Assembly: GCA_009103225.1 (NCBI GenBank) | Contig: RHPI01002090.1 | Location: forward strand, 1,163,932-1,227,931 | Direction of reading: 5' to 3' | Length of the DNA stretch: 64,000 nucleotides | Source: Chlorokybus atmophyticus | Lineage: Eukaryota > Plantae > Mesostigma and Chlorokybus algae | Shown: positions 52,901 to 64,000 of the stretch, in pieces | How positions within the stretch are numbered: the first letter of the stretch is position 1 | Layout of the letters: each line of letters opens with the position of its first letter | Notes under the pieces: model-generated | What the model was told of the DNA's origin: nothing | The model's input: only the letters and a program-made list of their open reading frames with translations | Database searches by the model: none | Position numbers and translations under genes: made by a program

Positions 52901-53948
52901 GTGCTCGTGAGAAATCTTTTCCAATGCTTGCAGCGACTGCAGGTCAAGAGCAGTAGATCAGACCAAGCCAATTGAGGCAACCATATCATGCAACAATAAT
53001 GCGAGACCAAACACTGACGACTATTGCGTGTTACCCACCTGCTCTGCCAAGTCAATATACTCAATAGTCAACAACCGCGCACAAAAAGCCGGGACAGCGC
53101 CATGATGCACCACAGCAGCGCAAGATGAGGGCAGCACGTCAATGAGATGCGTCAAGGCGCGAGCAGCTAGAATCATAACATCGGGATTGTACTCCTGCAT
53201 AATCAACGCTTCGTGTTGGTGCATGCAACTGGAGAATGAAAGGACAGTATACCAGGCCGTCGGAGGAGACAAATAAGCATGCAACAGCAACAGACCACAA
53301 AGCCACATATCAAGTTTCAGCAACCTGCGTACCAGAGAAGACCGTCTCAAATCGAGTAAGCAACTGCACCTGATTAAGAAGGTTAACGAGCACCGGAACG
53401 AACTGGTCCACTGAGAAATTGCTGAGGCTCTCTTCAGTGCCAATGCTAAGCAACTCGCAAAGATTACTAAGAGCCTCTAGCTGCCGATGTTCCTCGCCTT
53501 CAGCTCTAAGCCCTGACAGTATTGTTCGCAAGCGTCCATGCCCGGTGCTGTGCGTCGGCATCAAGTCAAGCCCTGCTCCTAGCTTTCGCAGCAAGCCCTG
53601 CAGTGAGCTACTAGCAGATGCGAGATTTCTGTGCAAGGAGGCGCTACCCCCAACCATGGGATCGTCCTCTTCGTCCTCGTCCACTGCCTCCGCGCGCCGA
53701 TCGCTCTCCTTATTCTCGTCCATACCAGACCTGTGACCTTGACGTCTCACGCGTTTCGGTGGTGGTGGAGGCGGCAATGGCAAGGAGCGGCGACGGATGC
53801 GCCGAAGGGACCTACCAGTACCACCTCCCAATTCACCCTCAACTCCACCAGCAGCAGCACCTCCACCAGCTGCTGCTGCTTCCGAGCCTGCTGCTTCCGC
53901 CGCTCCGGCAGCGCCCTCGGATCTCAACTTGCGGCTCCGCGTTTCCAT
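46920..53948 (-). CDS. UPL3: HECT E3 ubiquitin ligase, UPL3/UPL4 (TRIP12/Ufd4) type with ARM repeats
   Basis: METRSR..., [104 protein letters not shown] (catalytic Cys), GQGSFDLS*. One exon of about 3 kb. Confidence 0.97.
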
Positions 53949-54511
53949 AAACGCTTGCCCTTCCCCGGCGCAGCGTTCCCGCACGCTACGCCATCTGCAG
54001 CCAGAACACCCAAGGCTCCAACACCTCCGCAGCAGCAAACACCGTCGCCGCCGCCGCCGCCTGCAACAACGACGACGCCAACAACACCTCCCCTGACAGC
54101 TGACGCTTTATTAGCCCTGCCAAGCAACCCTAATCCTGCACCGACGCAATCAGCAACAACATCGGAGCCTGCAGCGCCGACAGTGCAGTCAGTCCCCTGC
54201 CTGCGTTTTTGCCGCCAGATTGGCGCAGTCAGCGCTGCCCCTTGAAGCGGCTGTGAATGCCATCAGGATCGACTGCGCTGTCGGCGCAACTGTCAGCCAG
54301 GAATGCACGCAATGCCGTGCGCTTTTCGCCAGCGACCGCTCATGTTAGGGTTGGTGCTGTGGCTTGGTCTCACGTGGGCGGAAGGAGCGCTGGTATAGCT
54401 GGCGCCGTCGCTGCTTTGCTCCTCCTGCCTCTTTTGAGCCTCAGTTGACTGAAGCGCGTAGTTGTTGAAGTATCTAAAATTCTTTGCACTCGGGGAGTTC
54501 CGTGTCTTCAG

Positions 54512-55983
54512 ATGGGGAAGGCAACTGACGCAGAGGGTGAGCAGCCCGCCGCTGCGCCTGTGGTGGAGAAGCTGGAGCAGGAGCAGGTGCGGGAGCAGGA
54601 GCAGAAGGCTGGCACTGCCGACGAGCAGGGCGAGCAACATCAAGAAGCTAGTGGTCACAGTAATGGTGTTACCCAAGAGCAGCCTCCTAAGCAGTCTCCC
54701 GGTTGCAGTAGTACAGCCGCAGTGGATGGAAACCCTGAAGCGCCAGCCTCTGGGACGGGCGATGGTGTCTCCCCATCTGGTCAGGAGGTAAACAGCAATG
54801 CGGCGGAGGCAAAGCTTAACGCGTCCGTGGTTTGTGTTTTGTCATACGATGACGTGCCTCTCACTCGTTTGCGGTGTTGTTGAGGGTATGCCGCTCTCAG
54901 TTTCTTGTTCTAAGTGGTAACTGCCATGATAAAGTACCAAGTACTCCGTGAAGTTTTAGCTGCATGTACTGTCTTGCATCATCCAAACATATTGACAGCG
55001 TGTGGTTACATTTTTCTGTCCACAGGCCATGTCACTCACCATTGTCAGTAGGTAAACAAGTAGTCAGCGCTGCGGTTGTACGCATACATGTTGCATTCAT
55101 GTGAGCGTCTTGCTGGGAGTGTTGATGGGGTTTGAGGATGCAGCAAGTGAGTGTCATTCATTGCACGCTCCAAATCCGAAACAAGGCAATGCTGCTCTGT
55201 CACTCCAGTTCACTGCCATGTACTGTAGCCGTAGCAATGTGTCTGCTGCGTCCGTCATTCGCAGAAAATGGCCCATCAAGTTGATCAATTAGTTTTCAGC
55301 GGCAACACGCAAGTCTCCCTATCCGTATAGGGAGACTTGCGCATGCGGAAGTTTTGTCTAGCACAGTACTGCCTGAGATTGGGTTTTTTAGGCATAAAGA
55401 AGTGCACCAGGTGTCCATCAATAGGCAGTTGTGGATCGATTATTGCTTGCTTCCTATGCTGCACAACACAAATGTCAACTGGTCCAGTACGCTTCAGACT
55501 GCACAGCAGTTGACCTGCTATGTCTGCTGTTCAACTGGTGTTGGCCCCCGCGCATGGGGTGGGAGTGGGTAGGGTGGGGCGGGATGGGTGCGGGTATGTG
55601 CTTCAGCATGCATCTTTACCACAGTGCATGCAATTTGAGAATGCCTGGTACCAGGTAACTGCTGCGGCTGCGCCAACAATCGCAAAGGTGGCTCCACCAC
55701 GAGGGTTCACTCTCGTTGCTAACAGGTAGACTCAGGTCATCAACTGCTGCCGCTACTTCTCATGCTTGTCAAGGATTGGTGCAGTCTGTCATGTACCAAC
55801 TGTTGTCTGGTTGGCATTTACAGGCCTATAGCAAATGTCAGAAGAAAACCAGACGCTGCAGCATCTGCTGCCAAGAAATTGAAGACGGACAGCCAGGATA
55901 TGTCCTACCTTGCAGAAATGAAGAAGTATCAAGACCGCTCATGTGATGGTGGTTCTGCACATACAAGGCCGTTGTTGAAGTGA
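54512..55983 (+). CDS. TRIR: TRIR/C19orf43-like protein (telomerase RNA component-interacting RNase homologue), ~168 aa
   Basis: Exons 54512-54787, 55655-55725 and 55824-55983 join in frame. C-terminus AKKLKT...YLAEMKKYQDRSCDGGSAHTRPLLK* resembles the remembered human TRIR end (YMAEVKKYKAHQCGDDDKTRPLVK*). Confidence 0.65.
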
Positions 55984-56759
55984 CTGGTTAGCAGTGCTGG
56001 TTTCAAGATTAGCAATCACAAGTGTACACAATTCGTTTCACTACATTATAGCCTGGTATGGCTGCTGCAGCGAGACACAGCTGTACCACACCGCACGTGA
56101 GCACAGCCATGGGTTTGCCACCACTGCTTCACATTGTGGTAAATTATGCTTGCATTGGCGTAAGATTGATAGCGGCACGAATTTTGCTGCATTTTGCCTA
56201 GTGTCAGTACTGCTCACTGTTATGCATGGTTGTAATCATGAATTGCAAAGCAATATTACTGTAGGTGTATCGGCTCCATGCAGCTCTTAGGTGAATTATC
56301 CAAGTGTGCGTGCGTGCGTGCCAGCATAGCACAACATCTCACGGGATTGGGCCAGCCCAACTTTTGAGCTCTGGCATTGCATTGCACTTGCACTACCTTG
56401 TGAATTGGTATGTACATAAATCCGGAAGGCCAATGCATGCGCAGAGTGCTTTGCACACATTCGCCATGTTCTGGGAATAACATGCACAGATCATCAACAC
56501 TATTACAGCTACACAGACACACTATCCTTCGCATTTTTGCACACACTCACCTCACGCCCACACATGTTTGACCGCCGTACTACGCTCTCCTATCACCAAT
56601 CCTACCGCTGACACTAAAGCCCGACCCCATTTGTCGTGCATTATCGACCCGGATCTATATCTATATATCATGTGCATGCATCAGCGTTGGTACCTGCAGC
56701 TCCACCGTGTAAAACTGACACGCCATATGCGTGTGTACAAAGTATGCAACGCAGAATTC

Positions 56760-57715
56760 ACGCATGCATAGGCTTTTCAATCCAATGCATGACACATGCA
56801 ACTACCACCAGCATATACACACAGCCATCAAGTACACCACCGGGCTGCACTCAGTAATATACTACCCACTTATCTACTTTCACTACCGCCCAACACCCCG
56901 CTAGTCACACATGAACACACGTTTATCTGCCCACACGGGCTGTTGTTAGTGGTTGGTAGCATGTACAACACGGCAACATGCATGCTTGTGTGCTTCAGGT
57001 TGGTTACACATTTGCTACGTGCCGCTACTGCCTGCTGCCCCACCCCACTTGCACTTAGCGCACACAGCGTAAATAGAGCACTTAGCTTGTATGCCCCTGT
57101 TGGTGTTGATTGAAGTGCCCATCTTCTGCTTGCTGGCTTGCCTGATGTCTGCTAGTTGTGTTGTTGTGTAATTGTTGCTAGCTGGGTTCGTACTTGCGGA
57201 GTGCGTATGCTTAGGGGGCTGGTTCTGTCGTCCGGGTCGCTATCTGGGTCCGGGTCCAGGCCTAACCTTTCCCTCTGCCCCCCTGTGCTGCCCTGCAGGT
57301 AGCCCTCTTGCTGTCGCCCATTCCTACCTGCCCTGCTTGCGTCTTGCACATAGCCAGCCCCCTTAGCTAGGATAGTTGTTAGGCTTCCTAGTTGCTGGTG
57401 CTTAGGGCAATGTGATGTGATGTGCTGTGCGTGTGGTATGGTGTGTTGCTGATGTCACTGGGGGCCCCTCGGTTTTACTTGCTGCTTACCGATTCTACAC
57501 GACTTATACCTTATGCATAGCAGCGACAACGACTCCGTCGTCCTCTGCCTCCCTGCGTGTTTGCTGGCCGCAAGGCAGCGGGTGTCTGTCTTGTGCAATA
57601 CGCACTGCGAACGTCAGCAGTGCTGCGCGTGCTATGCTTCAGCGCCCCAGCTTGTGCGCAGTGCTTAGGCAGTGCAGTTCCGGTTAGGGTTAGGTTGGGT
57701 TGGTGGTGGGGTTAA
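56760..57715 (-). repeat. Inverted, longer copy of the 24600-25190 repeat family
   Basis: Its reverse complement shows the same motif order as 24600-25190. Confidence 0.55.
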
Positions 57716-59076
57716 GCGACCATGTCCTTGGCACGGGCAGGCTTGCTCCCCGTGCTGTCTTCAGCGTTGGCTGTAACCGGCAGTTGTCCTACTGCGCCCT
57801 GTCGACTCCGCCCTCTCCTCACCACCATCATGTACAGCAGTAGGGGCGGTGTGCAGTACACGTAGGTATCTTTCTTCTGCACGCGTTGTCGCAGCGCGCT
57901 CAGCAGAATCTTCATGGAGTAGCCATCTGCATTCATGGCCAGCAACAATCCGCCATCGCTCCCTGTGTGGCTGTTCGAAGAGTGCCCACACATGTGGAAG
58001 TTATGACGACCTTGTTGGAGGATGTGGCCTCACTGCCCAGCTGGCGACATGTTTGTTTGCTTGGTGCTTAAGTAAGTAGAGGGGCCATGCAAGTAAACGT
58101 AGTACATACCTCACAAATACCAACAGGCAACCACAGACACATTACCTCACCAACCTGTGCACTGGAGGGATGTGAATGTACTGGATACACGTGGGGCTGT
58201 TGTGGTAGGAGGTTGTTGCATGTTATTTCGGCTGCGAACTCTACTGTGCCCATGACAGTATAACACTGGTCGCAACGGAGCATTATAATGCACATTTGAG
58301 GGGGTTTATTGGAAGTCAAAAGTCTGCCTCCCGATTGTTGTAGAAAACTGCAACCTGTGACTGGACTCAACGCCCTAACATGCCACTCACTGCTAGCCCT
58401 GTTACTGTCAGCGCACCGCATGCTGTGTCTTCCAGCATTTATTCTCAGGGCACGACACTGCACATGTCCAGATTGGCTTACGACCACTGCAAACGTGCCA
58501 GCAAAGCCCAAACACTTCTGCTCCAAGGTGCATACAACAGCATAGACTTGTCACTATCTGGTCAGCATTGGGAGTTGCAAACTCTGTAATTTCTCGATGT
58601 CCGGCCCTGCAAGCTCCCACAACAGACAACCTTGGATACAAGTGGGGGCAGTTATACTGCAGCACATTGATTCTTTAGTCCAGCAAGGCCTGCTTGAGTG
58701 CTCAACCTGTAGTAACCAATTGGCCGCACTGTCGCATCGCCATGTTACGCGCCGCCTGGTTGGCTGTGCTGAACACAGCTTTGCTAAACCAGTTTAACTA
58801 ACATACATAGCCTTGCCGAGCTGAGCAGAAGCGCCCACATTGCAAGAGTAACCAATTTGTCCCACAACGCTTTTGACCGTACCGCTGCTGGAACAGATGT
58901 GGAGCAAAAACACCAGCGCCGTTCTCAAGACATGCAGAAGATGTTGTCGCGAAAGGATTAAGAGCATACGTTGGACAAGCCACCTGGGGTTCCCACACCA
59001 TGGCCGACATTGCTACACCAATGTGTGACCGCTTGCAACCTGCATGCAGCCATCCTTGTAGAACTCTGGAGCTCCA

Positions 59077-61388
59077 CTATCTGACCTTCATCATCTTCAT
59101 TTTGGGGGCTTTCTGCTTCTTGGGCTTAGCATCCTTTTCCCTTTCTTCCTTCTGTTTCCTGAGCCTTTCCGCATTGTCTTCTTTTGCTTTCTCTTCCTTA
59201 ACCTTGTTGCGCACAGCTTCAGCCTTGGCTTTGGCCTGCATACGCCATGGCAGCTCAGCACGTGCAAATGTAGGACAACCACCAAGCCGTCGATTAGCCA
59301 TACCTGGGCACTCAGCTTGCAACGCCCGACAGTATCGACAAGATAAGGTACTATGTTCAGTAGCTTTGTCATGTCGGCCATTTGGGCTTTTGGCGGAACA
59401 CTGAAAACAAAGCGTAGAACCCTCTTGTGTAGAGACATCGAATCCTGATCTGTGATGTGAAGTGACTGAAAGTACTGGCCGCACTTCTCAAAGGCCTTCT
59501 CCGAGAACACCTGCAGCACAGATGGAGCGGCTGTCAGTATGAATACACGTCTGTAACTAGAAGGCCCACAATCTTTGTAGTGACACAAACTTTTGATGGC
59601 AATACAACTGCCTGCACCAACCTGCTCCATGAGAACATCAGTGATCAACTCGGTATGCAGCTCTCGTGATTCGCTGTAAACAGCAAGCGCCTCCGGCCAG
59701 TTCTTCTTGCGTTCAATGGGCACTTCTGAGGGCGTGGTGTATGTTTGCAAGTCACCCAGGTTCCTGTGCATAACTTTGCCTTGTTTCCGCTTGGCTACAG
59801 CAAACACTATGGGTGGCATAGCATCTTCTGCCATGTACACTTCAATTGTAAGCCGGTCATCGGTGGGAAACACTAAATAGTACAACAGGGCAAACAGGTC
59901 TTGACGATCCCGAAGCTGCAACTCTGCAAGCATGCCATCACAGTAACGACGACCACTGGCATAAAGCTTCCACAGGCTGTGGGAATCTTTGCACAACGCC
60001 TGCCAGACATGAATAGCGTGACTCGCTACTTCTGCATGTCAAGCACGACTGTTCCAGTGCTATTACATCAAGTGTGCTCATACCTTCTTTGGAGTATTCA
60101 CGCCTTCGCCCTTGTCCACCTCATTCAAGGTAGCATAGTAACCCACCAGGCTAAAATTACGCGGAAACAGTGCGTCTGGACTCCCTATGTATTGCTGTGC
60201 CCATGCATTCGCTATCTGCTGATTCGCGCGCCTGCACATGCGACGTGTTACACAGTTGAGAACACTCCCTCATTGCATATGTCTATTACGAACAGCAGCT
60301 TTACACAAGCCCAATGCATGCGACATGCTGTTCGATGCTGTATGCAGACTTACGAGTTGTACAGGAAGTTGGCAACATAAATTGAAACAAAAGCCAAGCC
60401 AAGGATCTCCCATCTATAGTCGCTTAAACTTTTGCGCGGGGGTGTTGCTTTACTTGGCTGAGCCGTTTCCCCTGGTGCTCCAAGTTCATCAATGTCAGGC
60501 TCATCTTCAGCGACATCTGTCTCGTCTTGCCAGTCTTCTACTGCAGGCAGCGTGTCTTTGAGCTCGTCACGTAGTACCTGGTTACATGATTGAAGTGTTG
60601 AACCAGTCCACTTGACTTGCTGCATGCGCATACCTCCCGCACCCCAGTGCCACTCAGAGCGCACAAGGTAGCACAGCATGTAATGCCAGCAACCATTCTT
60701 ACAACTGCGTGTTACGATCTTTCCACAACAAAACTTATGTGGCGCTAACTTATACAGGGGGCAGCAACACAGCACTATAAAGCAGGCTTTCAACGGCTTG
60801 TGAGGCTCAACACGTGAGTACGCAGGTTGAAGTCCTGGCAGTGAAAATACATAGCCACAACAATACCTCCGTCATTTTCAATCCAGTTCAGCGCACTTAT
60901 GTAGATGCAAAGGCATGTGCGCTGAAAAGGCGCGGCTTGCTCAGCACCAACTATTTCAGGCATGGATGTAGCTGCGGAATTCAGCCTAGCCAGCCAGCAT
61001 GGCTGCAAAGACAGCAACGACTCGCATGCAGAGCAAGAAACCACACGGCCAGTGCTAAGACATTATAGATATGATCATTCGCAACTATGAACTACTGCCA
61101 TACTGAGCTCACTACACATGCAATGCTGTTGTGATGTACAGCACCTACATGGCAGTTATTGTTCCTTAAACCGCTGCAACCGGCAACGTTGAGACTAACC
61201 TGGGCGCGAGCGGGATTAACGGTTTTGGGAGCAACCTCATCCTCCTCCTCCCAGTCGTCCCAGTCGTCTCCAAACCCTTCCAGCTCGTCCGTGGACACGG
61301 CAGCGGCGGCCGGGACGACTGCGGATGCCACCAGCAGCACCACCAGGAGCATCAACGACCCCCATCTTTGGGGACGGCTAGAAGGCAT
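59077..61388 (-). CDS. CCDC47: PAT complex subunit CCDC47 (DUF1682) ER membrane protein
   Basis: Signal peptide, acidic lumenal region, TM WEILGLAFVSIYVANFL, IANAWAQQY...NFSL, WKLYASGRRYCDGMLAELQLRDRQDL, MPPIVFAVAKRK, basic coiled-coil end KAPKMKMMKVR*. Confidence 0.92.
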
Positions 61389-62829
61389 GGTCAACGTAAA
61401 CAACGATAGAAATCGACAAAACAACCCTATGCACCAGAGGCCACCACCGCCGCCATCGACGTCGCCACAGCCATGCCCGGCGCCGTTCGCGCCACCAGTG
61501 TCACCACCAACGTCGATAACTTTTGGTCAGCACTTCCAATGTCGGCGCGGCTGCAACAACCAGTTAAAGCGTCGGCGCATGCGCGAAAGCTGAAGCAGCG
61601 TGTTGACTGCTGCTCGGCTCGGCTTGGGTGGGTTGTCGATGGCGTTCCTGCTGTCGATGTAGCCGGCAGCGTTGTGCACAAGCGAGCATGTCACCCTATA
61701 TATGCGCCTGTATGCGCGTAGATTGGCCAATTTGGCTATGAAGTCGCCAGGTATGGCAACATCATGGTTACGCGATTGATGTTGCGTGCTGCGCGTTTCA
61801 GCTAGCTCGTGAACGCCTTTTTGCACTTGCTTGCAATTGCTTGTGCCAGTTGATCTCTTTGCGCGTTCAATGTACGTCCGACCAGCGGCCTAGATGCTCT
61901 CTTTTCATTCGGCCGAGTTGGAACTGTGAGATGGATGTTGATCACTATGCAGGCATGCATGCATGCATAAACCGGGTTTGGTTTTCTTGTGTGCATGCTT
62001 ATATACAAGATCAATATCGCGTTGGCATGGTTCTGCATTGGCATGGCTCTTGAAATGGCATAGCAACGCTTTGATCAAGGAAATCATATGATACATGCAT
62101 GGAACTGGTTGGACGGTGCAAAGCGTTGCCTAAAGCAGCATGCCACTCTTCAGCTTCCTCAATTGATGACCTGCGGCACGCCATACCCAACCGTGTGGAA
62201 CTTCACAAGGTATTTCAGGTTTGGCAAAGCTCAACAGCAACCGTGGTTACAGTGCTGGAGTCACCACTCGTGAATTACATTGCAAGGCAAGGAAACACAT
62301 CAACAACCAAGCCTGGTAAGAAAACATGACACAACAACCAGCAAGCTTGGTTCATTACGCAGCAACCCGGTACACTACTACGTTGGTGCTCAACAACAAG
62401 CATGCAGCAAAATTACACAGCAACGTAATGGCAAAGTTGAGCCTGCCTTGGGCCGCCTTTCAGCCAACGAATGCTGCCTTGACGCAATGAGTTGCAGCTT
62501 CATAGCAGCAGCAACTATTGGTTGGCTGGCTCGGCTAAGCCTCAGCGTGCACTGCTGCTTGCAAAATGGGCGCAGTTATCCAAAGGGCGTTTGCCGCAGC
62601 GCTGTACATTTCTATAACAACAATAGACACCGTGATTAGGAGACGGTATGTGAGCGAGGCGTTCAGGGCGTGCAGACGGTCTCAGCCTGTTGTCGCTAAC
62701 ATACTGACGCATGCTGGTTGCCCGTAAGCAATTTCGCGATGTCGATCTGATGCAATGCACTGCTGTCGGCGTTGCCTTGGTTGTGTCACCGGTGGACACC
62801 AAAGCATGGGCACATTCCCGCATGCAGCT

Positions 62830-63150
62830 ACCAAATGCTGCTGTCTTTTACAACTTCAGGTGCCAATGTTCCTTGGGTTGTTACCGCTTGCACAGTGTTA
62901 CAGTGATAACAATGTTCAAACCAGGTGGGGAACCATCCTGAAGGCCGGAGCATGCACAACACTTGCGGTCACATCACTCCTTTTGCTAATATTGCATTGG
63001 GCTTAAAGAAAAGCCGCTGTCTGCTGGCAACCTGGGGTCACTGCTAAAGAACTACTGTTCCTCGGTTGTTATCGCTTGCACAATGTTAGAGTGATCACAA
63101 TGAAGGAACTAGGTGGGGAACCATATTGAAGGCCTGAGCAAGCACATCAC
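62830..63150 (+). repeat. Degenerate tandem duplication, ~189-bp period
   Basis: TGTTCCT.GGTTGTTA.CGCTTGCACA.TGTTA.AGTGAT.ACAATG...AGGTGGGGAACCAT..TGAAGGCC.GAGCA.GCACA starts at 62867 and 63056. Confidence 0.85.
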
Positions 63151-63643
63151 CAATTTGAGGGTGCGTTGATTCAATGCAAAATTGGTGTCAATCATTGCGG
63201 TATTTATGTGAAATCCACTGTGATTATCAACATCATATCAATTCCATGCAAAGATCATATTGACAGCATAACACAGTATTGTTCATTATGCAATTGATAC
63301 AGAATACATACGAGATCGATGCACCACTGCTTGACAACATTCCATGCAAAATCCATATCAATGTGTGGTAAAGACCATTATTTCCATACAAGTTGTATGA
63401 TACCATATGCTGCATTAGATTCATACAACTTCGCACATAGCATATAGTGATTTGCCCTCACAAGCAGCACTTGTAGCAATGCAGCAAAGATAAACAGAAT
63501 AATGTTGTTACCAAAACATACAACTTGCTAATATAACACACAACCCATCTACTTGCTACTCTACTAACATTGTTCAAGCTCTACAAAAATAACCAACTAA
63601 GCAACACCCTACAACCACTAACAACCACACTACCAGCCATACT

Positions 63644-63832
<189 letters not shown>

Positions 63833-64000
63833 NCGCCGCCCCCGCCACCGCCTGCATCACCGCTGCACAACTCACAACGCTAAGTCATTTCAAAACCTTA
63901 CTGCAAGCCGTTGTATGATTGCATCCAACGGTCACGCACACAAGTAACGGACCTTCCAACGATCGAATCAAGTTCAAGCCATCAGTACAACATTTACGGG

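Noticed and set aside
53631-54245. 204-aa + strand ORF and similar long ORFs antisense to GC-rich first exons (for example 14337-14648 and 33810-34466)
   Set aside because: These are antisense shadows of GC-rich coding sequence with low-complexity translations.
59290-59400. Apparent similarity to the 12520-12600 repeat
   Set aside because: This is a CCDC47 coding exon and the similarity is too short to be meaningful.
63241-63450. RING-H2-like spacing CSLC...CGKDHYFHTSC
   Set aside because: There is an internal stop, no final CxxC pair and no splice support; the pattern comes from a local degenerate TTCCATGCAAA repeat.

Overview
Eukaryotic, intron-rich (short GT-AG introns) nuclear DNA from a photosynthetic, probably flagellated green-lineage alga. 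This is inferred from a Tat-signal PsbP-domain gene, a ciliary TTC29 gene, plant-type SBDS-ZnF and UPL3, and plant telo-boxes. The code is standard (TAA/TAG terminate conserved proteins). Genes I could assemble by hand: VPS50 (runs off the left edge), SBDS, a spliced PD-(D/E)xK nuclease-like gene, mitochondrial RPS9, a PsbP-domain protein, calnexin, a secreted sulfotransferase, a multi-AP2 plus SAWADEE-like gene, TTC29, a GYF-domain gene, HECT ligase UPL3, a TRIR-like gene and CCDC47. A complete but decayed Ty3/gypsy chromovirus (39791-45986, AAGAT TSD) carries a solo LTR of another family nested in its RT. The best candidates for novelty are the AP2-SAWADEE (DNA-binding plus histone-reader) fusion and the possibly organelle-targeted, possibly catalytically dead restriction-endonuclease-fold protein flanked by degenerate direct repeats. 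All calls are manual motif recognition; no database searches were run.
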